A stretch of DNA of 60,860 bases from Alphaproteobacteria bacterium (GTDB lineage Archaea; Nanobdellota; Nanobdellia; Woesearchaeales; UBA9642), in the NCBI GenBank assembly GCA_035626895.1, contig DASPMU010000060.1, positions 1 through 60,860 on the forward strand. Direction: 5' to 3'. The notes beneath the pieces are model-generated. The model did no database searches. It was not told the DNA's origin and was given only the letters and a program-made list of their open reading frames with translations. Made by a program: the position numbers and the translations under genes. Positions 53,487 through 60,860 of this stretch are shown piece by piece. Numbering within the stretch: the first letter of the stretch is position 1; the number at the start of each line of letters is the position of its first letter.

Positions 53487-55325
53487 TTATTCCTCCAGAT
53501 TTTTCCTGAAGTATTCCTCTGCCTTTGCAAGCTGGATTATTTTTTGCGAATCAATATTTTCTGAAACAGCAAATTTCCTTCTTTCTGCATCTGATTTCAA
53601 AAACTCGTTGAGCATTATGCAGCACCATTTTATCCTGAAAACAGAAAGCAGCAATCTTGTTCTTTTAGCAAATGAATCAATGTCATGGAATAATTTCTTT
53701 TCAGAGATTGTTTCAAGGAAAAGATCGTAATATCTTATATCGGGCGCAGGCTCGGGTCTTGCGAAAAAATCATTTACAAGCTTTGACGGATCGTCAATTC
53801 CTGCGTATTCAAAATCTAGGAAATACAGCTGATTATTTTCTCCAATAAGGGCGTTATGGAATCCGAAGTCGGATGGAGAGATGCATACATTGGAATCTTC
53901 AAGCATTTTTTTTGTATCAATGCTATATTCTTCTGCCTGGGCCAAGACCTCATCTTTTATTTCAACCCATTTTGGGATAAGTTTTGATGAAATGAATTCT
54001 GCAGCCTTTGAATTTATATCACTTGATTCTGGGTCGATCCCGCTGAACCTTTCTATTCTGGAATCAACCATTGCAAGATGAGAATCAATATTGAAGCATG
54101 CTTCTGAAGCATTGCCAAGGCTATCTTTTTTTTCCAGAAGGTTTATTGATTCTAATTTATTTTCATTAAGCTGCACAAAAAAATGCATGAATTTTTTTAT
54201 GTTTATTTCAGTAATATCTGATGGCTCCGGCTTTCTTCCTTCAATAAAAGAATACAGCGCGATATTATCTCCGCGCTTTATTGGGAGAGGAACAGAATCT
54301 ATCCCGAGCTCCTCGCAATACTCTAGGAATGAAAATTCTGATTCTATCCTATTTCTGCCATCTTTTACATTATGATGATAAACTTTCATTAAAAGAACAG
54401 TTGCTGGAACGTCAGAAAGAGTGTCTGAGTCTGAATCCATTGCGTATTTCTCTATCCGGTAAGCCCTGTTGTTTTTTCCGCCTAGAATTCTTGTGAAATT
54501 CCAGTCTTCAATATTGCTTTGGTCAAAATCATATAATAAATTGTCAATTCTCTCGATTGTATAATCGTCAAATTCATGATCGCCTTCATTTTTTATAAGC
54601 TGCTTTGCAAAGAAATCAGTTATCTGCTCCCAGCCATTTTTTATTATGACATCATTTTCTTTAAGTTTTGATAAAGTTTCTTTCGAGTTATTGGAATTTG
54701 ATAAGGAAGAACTAGAGAGAAGCGAGCCGTTTGGATCAAAAAGTATTTTCTTTATTTCCTTAGGGAAATTCTCTGAAAGCAAAAGTTCTGGAAGATCGTC
54801 GATGAAATAATCGCATTCCAAAGCCTTTATCCTTTCTATTTTTTCTTCTTTTGTAAGCTCAAGGAACACATCTGATTTAGTTATCCCAGTCCCATTTTCA
54901 AAAAAACCGTTTTGTTCAAGCCAAAACATTGCCGCGTTATGCAGATTATGTTTCTCGCCGATATAAGGATACATGGTCTTATGGCTTATGACGTATAATT
55001 TAATATTATTAGAATTGCAGAATACGAAAAAATCTTTTAAGCCTTCGTAAATTTTTGCCCCGGCAATATGCTTACCATATGTCAGGCCTTGAAGCTCCGT
55101 CCAGAGATCTTCTTTTCCAGTTCCCCTAAGAAAATCTTTTACATCAGTTTTTGAAGTTCCTACATCCCTACCGTCAGGATGCCTTGAATCTTTAGAAATA
55201 AAGCCGACGCTTAGCGCGACAGTGTGGAATAAATCCTCGTAATTCACTATTGTATTGTCAAAATCTATTCCGATCTTCATTGTCATCAATCCGCTTGCCC
55301 TAGTTTTTGCTTTGACTAGCGTCAA
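53487..55325 (-). CDS. Fusion of a HAD-superfamily phosphatase domain and an APH/choline-kinase-like small-molecule kinase domain
   Basis: HAD motif I MKIGIDFDNTIVNY, motif II YVISHK, motif IV YFIDD. Ser/Asn-rich linker. Kinase Brenner/DFG-type region SPSDFGFHNALIGENNQLYFLDFEYAGIDDP. Confidence 0.65.
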   Translation of the reverse strand: MTLVKAKTRASGLMTMKIGIDFDNTIVNYEDLFHTVALSVGFISKDSRHPDGRDVGTSKTDVKDFLRGTGKEDLWTELQGLTYGKHIAGAKIYEGLKDFFVFCNSNNIKLYVISHKTMYPYIGEKHNLHNAAMFWLEQNGFFENGTGITKSDVFLELTKEEKIERIKALECDYFIDDLPELLLSENFPKEIKKILFDPNGSLLSSSSLSNSNNSKETLSKLKENDVIIKNGWEQITDFFAKQLIKNEGDHEFDDYTIERIDNLLYDFDQSNIEDWNFTRILGGKNNRAYRIEKYAMDSDSDTLSDVPATVLLMKVYHHNVKDGRNRIESEFSFLEYCEELGIDSVPLPIKRGDNIALYSFIEGRKPEPSDITEINIKKFMHFFVQLNENKLESINLLEKKDSLGNASEACFNIDSHLAMVDSRIERFSGIDPESSDINSKAAEFISSKLIPKWVEIKDEVLAQAEEYSIDTKKMLEDSNVCISPSDFGFHNALIGENNQLYFLDFEYAGIDDPSKLVNDFFARPEPAPDIRYYDLFLETISEKKLFHDIDSFAKRTRLLLSVFRIKWCCIMLNEFLKSDAERRKFAVSENIDSQKIIQLAKAEEYFRKNLEE

Positions 55326-56256
55326 GCCTCTCGATTATTCTTTTGATTATTACCTCTTTGTTTATTCCTAATTTTTGCCTTGCATATTCCTGATGGCCAG
55401 CTTCATGCATGAATCTGTCATCAGTTCCAACCCTTATTAATTTATTTTCAACATTATTGTCCACAAGCCATTCTGAAATTGCGCTTCCAAGCCCGCCGAT
55501 AAGCGAATGCTCTTCAAGTGAAACAACAACTTTGTATCTTTGGAACGCGTCTAGTAAGAATTCAGAATCAAGCGGCTTTATAGTATGGAAGCTTACAAAT
55601 GTCGTGCTGATTCCTTTTGCTTCAAGTTCTTTATGAATTTCGTCAGACAGCTGAAGCATATTCCCGACGCTTAGAAGGCATACATCATTTAATCTTCCAT
55701 CAATATCTTTTGCCTTGCTCATCACATATGCTTTTCCGATTTCAAGCTTTGGAACTTCTGGGTGGATATTTTTTTCTCCTTTCTTTCCCATCCTCATGTA
55801 AACAGGAGTGTTTCTTTTGACTGCTTCGCGCAGTAATGCGCGAACTTCCATAGGGTCTCCAGGACATAATACAGTCATTGTCGGAAGAGATCTTAGAATT
55901 GCAATATCCTCGCAGGAATGATGCGTCGGCCCTAATTCTCCGTATGACAAGCCTGCACCAACACCGACAACTATTGCAGGCTGCTCTTGATAGCATAAAT
56001 CATCCCTGATATGCTCAAGGCATCTGTTTGTAATGAATGGAGTAATAGTATATGCAATAGGCTTGTAGCCGCACATTGAAAGGCCTGATGCTACGCCGAT
56101 TGTATTCTGCTCTGCAACACCAGTATTGTAAAACCTGTCAGGGAATTTTTCCTTGAATTTATCAAATAGCTTGTTGCCTATGTCAGCTGATAGCATTACT
56201 ACTTTATCATTCTCTTCTGCTATTTTTCCAAGTTCGTCTGCGAATGCGTTTCTCAT
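55300..56256 (-). CDS. Transketolase, C-terminal (pyrimidine-binding) subunit
   Basis: FYNTGVAEQNTIGVASGL...GPTHHSCEDIAILRSLPTMTVLCPGD. 26-nt overlap with the downstream gene. Confidence 0.85.
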   Translation of the reverse strand: MRNAFADELGKIAEENDKVVMLSADIGNKLFDKFKEKFPDRFYNTGVAEQNTIGVASGLSMCGYKPIAYTITPFITNRCLEHIRDDLCYQEQPAIVVGVGAGLSYGELGPTHHSCEDIAILRSLPTMTVLCPGDPMEVRALLREAVKRNTPVYMRMGKKGEKNIHPEVPKLEIGKAYVMSKAKDIDGRLNDVCLLSVGNMLQLSDEIHKELEAKGISTTFVSFHTIKPLDSEFLLDAFQRYKVVVSLEEHSLIGGLGSAISEWLVDNNVENKLIRVGTDDRFMHEAGHQEYARQKLGINKEVIIKRIIERLDASQSKN

Positions 56257-56294
56257 GTTAATTATTTTTTATTTATTTCTATTGAATTATTGAT

Positions 56295-57206
56295 CTACTC
56301 GACTCCCAATTCTTTTTTCACTAGATCTATTTCTGCAGGTGTCGGGGCCCTGTAATGCCAGTTGTTGTCATCTTCCATAAAGCTCGCGCCTTTTCCTTTG
56401 ACAGTATGACAAACTATTATCGAAGGCTTGCCGTTTGCCTGATTTGTGCGAATAGAGCTTTTGATCTTGCTTAAAGTATCAACTATCTGATTGACATTGT
56501 TTCCATCAATTTCGTAAACGTTCCATCCGAAGGATTTCCATTTATCGATCATCGGGTGAAGTCCAAGGACTTCATTGCTCCGTCCTGTTGCCTGCCATTT
56601 GTTATAGTCGACCATTACGATAAGATTGTCAAGTTTTTTTGCGGGAGCAAATAATGCTGCTTCCCAAGTCGATCCTTCATTGCATTCTCCATCGCTGATT
56701 ATCACGTAAGTAAGATAATTTTTCTTTGAGATCTTTGCAGCGAGAGCAATTCCTGCGCCGATGCACAGGCCATGGCCAAGCGAGCCAGTAGCTGCTTCAA
56801 TTCCAGGGACGCATTTTGGACCTGGATGTTCAGGCAATCTTCCGCCATCCTGCGAATATTCTGATAAGATGCTTTTGTCAAAGAAACCTTTGAATGCTAG
56901 AACGCTATATAGTGCAGTTGCCGCATGCCCCTTGCTTAATATGAATCTATCCCTGTCAGGATCGTTCGGGTTTTTTGGATCAATGTCAAGTATATTATAA
57001 TATAGAGAAGCAATCATGTCGACGCAGCTTAATGCTGATCCAAGGTGCGCAGCTCCAGTCGCGCTTGACATGTTCATTATTTGCACGCGCAGCTGTTTTA
57101 AAATTTCTATAGTGTCATTTACATTTCCATGAATATATCTGGAAGCAGAATAAGTAGAAAAATTATTTACTGCGGGGCTCATTTTATTTTCGTTTGATAT
57201 GTTCAA
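56295..57206 (-). CDS. Transketolase, N-terminal (thiamine-diphosphate-binding) subunit
   Basis: HLGSALSCVDMIASLYY, DRFILSKGHAATALY, GSLGHGLCIGAGIA, and ThDP motif ISDGECNEGSTWEA...VDYN. Confidence 0.85.
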   Translation of the reverse strand: MNISNENKMSPAVNNFSTYSASRYIHGNVNDTIEILKQLRVQIMNMSSATGAAHLGSALSCVDMIASLYYNILDIDPKNPNDPDRDRFILSKGHAATALYSVLAFKGFFDKSILSEYSQDGGRLPEHPGPKCVPGIEAATGSLGHGLCIGAGIALAAKISKKNYLTYVIISDGECNEGSTWEAALFAPAKKLDNLIVMVDYNKWQATGRSNEVLGLHPMIDKWKSFGWNVYEIDGNNVNQIVDTLSKIKSSIRTNQANGKPSIIVCHTVKGKGASFMEDDNNWHYRAPTPAEIDLVKKELGVE

Positions 57207-57217
57207 TAGATTTTTAC

Positions 57218-58225
57218 CTATTTTAGAGATATCTCCTTCATCTTCATGATATTATGATATGATGGATTTGTGAGGCCGTCAACTATGAGGCCTTTATCGT
57301 AAGCATCTATCAAGCTGTTTATTGCTTCTTTGAAATCATATTTGCATTCAAATCCCAGAACTCTCTTTAGTTTGTCAGTATTTACGTGATATGACCTGTT
57401 GTCGTTAGTCGGCAATACTTCAAATGTTATATCGCTATATTCTTCAGGCTTTCTATGCTGGACGACTTCCTTTACTTCCTCAGCTATCTGTTTTATTGTT
57501 ACATTCTTGTATGAAATATTGAATGCATGCTTATTGATTAAATGCCCGTCAGCCTCTAATAAAAATTCATAGAATCTTACCATGTCCTTGATATTAAGCG
57601 CTGGGCGCATCTGGTTTCCGCCAAAGATCTTTATCTTGTGATTTACGAGAGCGTTGATTGTCAATATATTTACGCTCAGGTCAAGCCTTAATCTTGGCGC
57701 GTAGCCGCATAATGTTGCAGGCCTTGCAAATGCATATTCAGTTTCTCCCATGTCGGCATTATTGATCAGTATTTCAGATTCAATCTTGTATTTTGCGTAA
57801 TCAGTTGTAGGTTCTGCTTCAATATCTTCAGTAACCTGGACATGTTCTGGCTTTATTCCATACTGGCTTGTTGAACTTGCAACCAGAAGCCTTTTGATTT
57901 TGTTTTCCTTGCATGCAGCTATAATATTGTGTGTTGCATCAAGATTTATTGATTTTCCTAAAACCGGATCTAAATCAAAGCTTGGATCGTTAGAAATAGA
58001 TGCTAAATGTATCATGGCGTCGCATCCCTTTGATGCTTCTATTAATTTATGCTTGTCGCGGATGTCTGCTTTTATTTGCTTAAGGTTTGGATGATCGTTG
58101 AATCTATATCCGTATATATACAAATCATAAACTGTTACATGATAGCCTTTTTCTAGAAGTTTCGGTACAAGAGAGCTCCCAACATAACCTGCTCCGCCAG
58201 TCACTAAAATATTTTTGAATTTCAT
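57218..58225 (-). CDS. NAD-dependent NDP-sugar epimerase/dehydratase (GalE-like extended SDR)
   Basis: ILVTGGAGYVGSSLVPKLLEKGY Rossmann motif and DYAKYK (YxxxK). Confidence 0.65.
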   Translation of the reverse strand: MKFKNILVTGGAGYVGSSLVPKLLEKGYHVTVYDLYIYGYRFNDHPNLKQIKADIRDKHKLIEASKGCDAMIHLASISNDPSFDLDPVLGKSINLDATHNIIAACKENKIKRLLVASSTSQYGIKPEHVQVTEDIEAEPTTDYAKYKIESEILINNADMGETEYAFARPATLCGYAPRLRLDLSVNILTINALVNHKIKIFGGNQMRPALNIKDMVRFYEFLLEADGHLINKHAFNISYKNVTIKQIAEEVKEVVQHRKPEEYSDITFEVLPTNDNRSYHVNTDKLKRVLGFECKYDFKEAINSLIDAYDKGLIVDGLTNPSYHNIMKMKEISLK

Positions 58226-58252
58226 TTCTTCCCCCAGATTTCCAACATTCTA

Positions 58253-58347
58253 AGCTGTAATATCTGCAATATTACCTAAATCTTATAGCTTTATAATAAA
58301 TCTTATAGCTGTATATATCTGCAATATTGCCTATAAATCTTATAAAT
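58253..58347. repeat. Two ~38-nt direct repeats plus a third partial copy in the longest spacer of the window
   Basis: AGCTGTAATATCTGCAATATTACCTAAATCTTATAGCT (58253-58290) versus AGCTGTATATATCTGCAATATTGCCTATAAATCTTATAAAT (58307-58347). AAATCTTATAGCT also occurs at 58298-58310. Confidence 0.7.
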
Positions 58348-58530
58348 GTGAATTTATAACACTATTATAAATTTTATGAAACGATAAAAAAGACACTCAA
58401 GTGTTGTCACTCCCCAATAGATAATCAACCGCAAACTTTATAAATTAGTTTACACTTCTTAGTAGTATTACTTTTCACAAGGTAATTATATGCATTTTAT
58501 GTACACTCGAATAAAATAGGGGGAATTTAA

Positions 58531-60138
58531 ATGAAGACATTGAAAAATATATTATTATCAGCAGCTTTGGCAGCTGGAACAGTTTTAGGAGCATACGCTC
58601 AGCAAGGAGCAAAAGAAGGAAAACAAGAATCGCCAGTCGATAACAGACCAGCAATAATAAATATTGACAGTGCAAATTTATTGACCTATTCTCAGGCAGA
58701 CACTACAATTTTGCAATCATTCTTCCAGATAAAAGATTTGACAGTTGATCAGTTAGATATGGCAGATAAAACATACCATATCGATGCAAACGGAAAAGCA
58801 GTAGATGCAAAAGGAAAGCATTATCCGGATAAAATCATACCATTTAGTAATTTCACGGCATTCGAACAATTAGTAATGGGATACGATCAGTTTGTAAAGA
58901 CTGGAAACGGTGTAAAAAAAGTACATGTTCCTCCGTCAATCAAGCCATCAAAAATCCCGGGACAAACTCTAGATAAATTAACATTTGAAGATTTATGGGC
59001 AAAGGACGGATTATTAAAATTAGGAGAATATGATCCATCGCCAAAGCCATACAATAATTCAAACATTCCTTGCCAAAGTGATTGCGATGAACCATTGACA
59101 AGAAATCCATTAGAGCAGGATTTATTGCAATATTTCTCTTCATTAATGAATAAATACAGCGCAGTATGCGTCAAATCAAGCAGGATAGATACTAAAACAC
59201 AAAAGCCAATAAATGGTATAGTTGCGCCGCTCAATGGACTAATCACCGCAGAAGAAACACACATCTTAAATGAAAAAGCAAGAAAAGTATTAAAGCAATA
59301 TCCAGGAAAGTATGGCTTAGTATTCGGCGTTTCAGAATTAAATGAAGGATATGTATACAGTACAAGAGACAATCTTGGAAATGTAGTTAGAAACTTAATG
59401 CCTGCTCAAAATGTAGGATATATAGTCGGAATACTTCCACCTCAAATGATTGAAGGTCCAAAAGGATACGATTTCTTCAAGGAAAAAGATCTGATAATTG
59501 ATGGAGCAATAGAAGACCCAATCGTTCCATGCGACGCATGCGGCGATGATGACAAGAAAGCAAAGAAGAAATCAGATGATCAAACAGGAGTATACTTCGG
59601 GCTAGGAATCGGAAAGAACAATAGATGGGATATTATAATTCCAAACATTGCATTAGGTGGATATGTCGGAAATTTCGGAGTAGGATTAAATGCAGGATTT
59701 GCTAAGGGGAAAGGCATTGAAACTACAATATTCAATGGTCCTCAAGGAGGATATCCGAACGGATTATACACTAAGACTGATGTAAATAATGAAACATCAT
59801 TGACACAGTTCGGCGGAGAATTAAGCTACAGAATATTTGACGGCAGATTAGTATTATATGCTGGCGCTCAGAAAAATATAGTTAACAAGGAAAGCACTTC
59901 AGGAATTGTCGAAACTAGAGTTGTAGACGGCAATAATAATCCGAACATGACTAGAAATCCAATGGCAGCAAATACGCTTCCAGCAGATATCGATGCAGAT
60001 TATGTAACATTCAATTTAGGCGGCGGAATAAGAGTCGTAAAGAATCTTGATATAATAGTTCAAGGAAAATTTAACTCAGGCTTAAATGAAGTTTCAGGCG
60101 GAGTAAGATATAGCATACCAATAAAGAGCAACTACTAA
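58531..60138 (+). CDS. Secreted protein with cleavable-type signal peptide and an 8-strand beta-barrel-like (OmpA/OmpX-like) C-terminal region
   Basis: MKTLKNILLSAALAAGTVLGAYAQQ signal. The last ~190 aa show alternating hydrophobic, Gly/aromatic-rich segments (GVYFGLGIG, IALGGYVGNFGVGLNAGFA, FGGELSYRIF, LVLYAGAQ, YVTFNLGGGIRVV, LDIIVQGKF, GGVRYSI) and end in an aromatic residue. GGGGGA SD-like sequence upstream. Confidence 0.45.
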   Translation: MKTLKNILLSAALAAGTVLGAYAQQGAKEGKQESPVDNRPAIINIDSANLLTYSQADTTILQSFFQIKDLTVDQLDMADKTYHIDANGKAVDAKGKHYPDKIIPFSNFTAFEQLVMGYDQFVKTGNGVKKVHVPPSIKPSKIPGQTLDKLTFEDLWAKDGLLKLGEYDPSPKPYNNSNIPCQSDCDEPLTRNPLEQDLLQYFSSLMNKYSAVCVKSSRIDTKTQKPINGIVAPLNGLITAEETHILNEKARKVLKQYPGKYGLVFGVSELNEGYVYSTRDNLGNVVRNLMPAQNVGYIVGILPPQMIEGPKGYDFFKEKDLIIDGAIEDPIVPCDACGDDDKKAKKKSDDQTGVYFGLGIGKNNRWDIIIPNIALGGYVGNFGVGLNAGFAKGKGIETTIFNGPQGGYPNGLYTKTDVNNETSLTQFGGELSYRIFDGRLVLYAGAQKNIVNKESTSGIVETRVVDGNNNPNMTRNPMAANTLPADIDADYVTFNLGGGIRVVKNLDIIVQGKFNSGLNEVSGGVRYSIPIKSNY

Positions 60139-60214
60139 TTTTTTTATAAATTTACAATATAATTTACACAAAAAAACAATCATCAAACAAACTTAAATTT
60201 AATGAGGACATAAA

Positions 60215-60860
60215 ATGAACAAAACATTCCTTGGAATAATGTTTGCAATTCTTGCATTATTATTAATCAATCCAGTATCTGCATCATTAACTATCGGATC
60301 ATGGACTGCAAATAATCAGGTTGCATTGACAATCAATAATGGAGAAACTGCAGAGTTCACATACGGCGTAACTGCTGTCACAAGCATGAACGGAAGATAT
60401 TCTATAAATCTATACAATTCCAATAATCAGATAATCAAGACATATGTTAACAACCAGCCAGTTCAAAACAATGGCGTTGTAGGTTGGCAGACAATAAACG
60501 CTGCAGATTACTCAAATGCTGCAGGAAGCTATTATGTATTAATTAGCGGTTCAGATAATTTCGGCCCTCATTCTTTCAAATTAAATTTAACAGTAAATCC
60601 AGTTGTAGTTCCAAATCCATTAAGCATTGTATGCTCAGCTGATAGGCTAAGTGGAACAACTCCATTAAATGTCGGATTTAGTTCAACTGCAACAGGCGGA
60701 ACTGGATCATACACATACAGATGGACATTCGGAGACAATACAAACAGCACAACAACAACTAATACAACATCACACACTTACAATAATGCAGGAACTTTCG
60801 TTACATCAGTAAGAGTTACTGACGCAGCAGGAAATACTGCAAATGCAGCTTGCGGATCTA
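60215..60860 (+). CDS. Secreted PKD-domain protein, 3' end outside window (not in the supplied ORF track)
   Basis: Hand translation from the ATG at 60215 (GAGGA at 60204-60208) is open to the window end: MNKTFLGIMFAILALLLINPVSASLTIGSW...PLNVGFSSTATGGTGSYTYRWTFGDNTNSTTTTNTTSHTYNNAGTFVTSVRVTDAAGNTA, a canonical PKD repeat. Confidence 0.75.
   Translation, partial: MNKTFLGIMFAILALLLINPVSASLTIGSWTANNQVALTINNGETAEFTYGVTAVTSMNGRYSINLYNSNNQIIKTYVNNQPVQNNGVVGWQTINAADYSNAAGSYYVLISGSDNFGPHSFKLNLTVNPVVVPNPLSIVCSADRLSGTTPLNVGFSSTATGGTGSYTYRWTFGDNTNSTTTTNTTSHTYNNAGTFVTSVRVTDAAGNTANAACGS

Noticed and set aside
55300-57206. Split transketolase as a dedicated C2-branching enzyme for a branched sugar
   Set aside because: I have not discarded this but have demoted it. 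N/C-split transketolase is the ordinary archaeal form, and sedoheptulose-7-phosphate supply for the GmhA route is the simpler explanation. It is kept as an alternative in the findings.
58253-58347. Direct repeats as a mini CRISPR array or minisatellite
   Set aside because: There are only two full copies plus a fragment. The copies are imperfect, with no regular repeat-spacer periodicity and no cas genes. An operator or promoter architecture is more plausible.

Overview
This AT-rich 60.9-kb window is almost entirely cell-surface glycan genes: about 50 intact CDS, short spacers, and many 1-26 nt start/stop overlaps. The host looks archaeal. It has a 990-aa STT3/AglB-type oligosaccharyltransferase (WWDFGHW...RRVTLDGASQNHPNAHWLGK). 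Palindromic ATTTATAAAT TATA-like boxes are centred about 26-27 nt upstream of several start codons, which is leaderless geometry. The transketolase is split. The lineage cannot be fixed from this window; a small-genome DPANN-type archaeon is only a guess. Modules from left to right: (1) a truncated Wzx flippase. (2) A 13.5-kb all-minus-strand block for a di-N-acylated nonulosonic-acid-type sugar. It holds a PglF/CapD-like dehydratase, a DegT aminotransferase, a NeuC-like hydrolysing 2-epimerase, a CMP-sugar synthetase, a formyltransferase, a PIG-L deacetylase, a WbuX/HisH/HisF-like acetamidino trio and a TagF/KpsS-like GT-B. It also holds an unusual acetyltransferase-SHMT-FolD triple fusion. 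(3) A GT-C membrane protein. (4) A WbpE/WbpB/WbpD-like 2,3-diacetamido-sugar trio. (5) Two sets of GT2 plus paired small EamA/ArnEF-like membrane proteins plus GT-C. (6) Gmd/Rmd, three GT4s, cupins, two NDP-hexose C-methyltransferases (one fused to a cupin), tandem Nudix-like paralogues and an AsnB-like amidotransferase. (7) AglB. (8) GmhA plus a PfkB heptose kinase next to a GalT/HIT-like plus HD pair. (9) SDRs, an ADH, a HAD-kinase fusion and the split transketolase. (10) A signal-peptide protein with an 8-strand OMP-like C-terminus, then a truncated PKD-domain protein that is missing from the ORF track. The non-coding highlight is a four-copy, roughly 95-nt GC-rich element. It has a conserved GTCTAGAC-containing core and co-varying terminal helices, and it sits at the boundaries of the gene modules. 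I recognised no rRNA, tRNA, CRISPR array, transposase or integrase.
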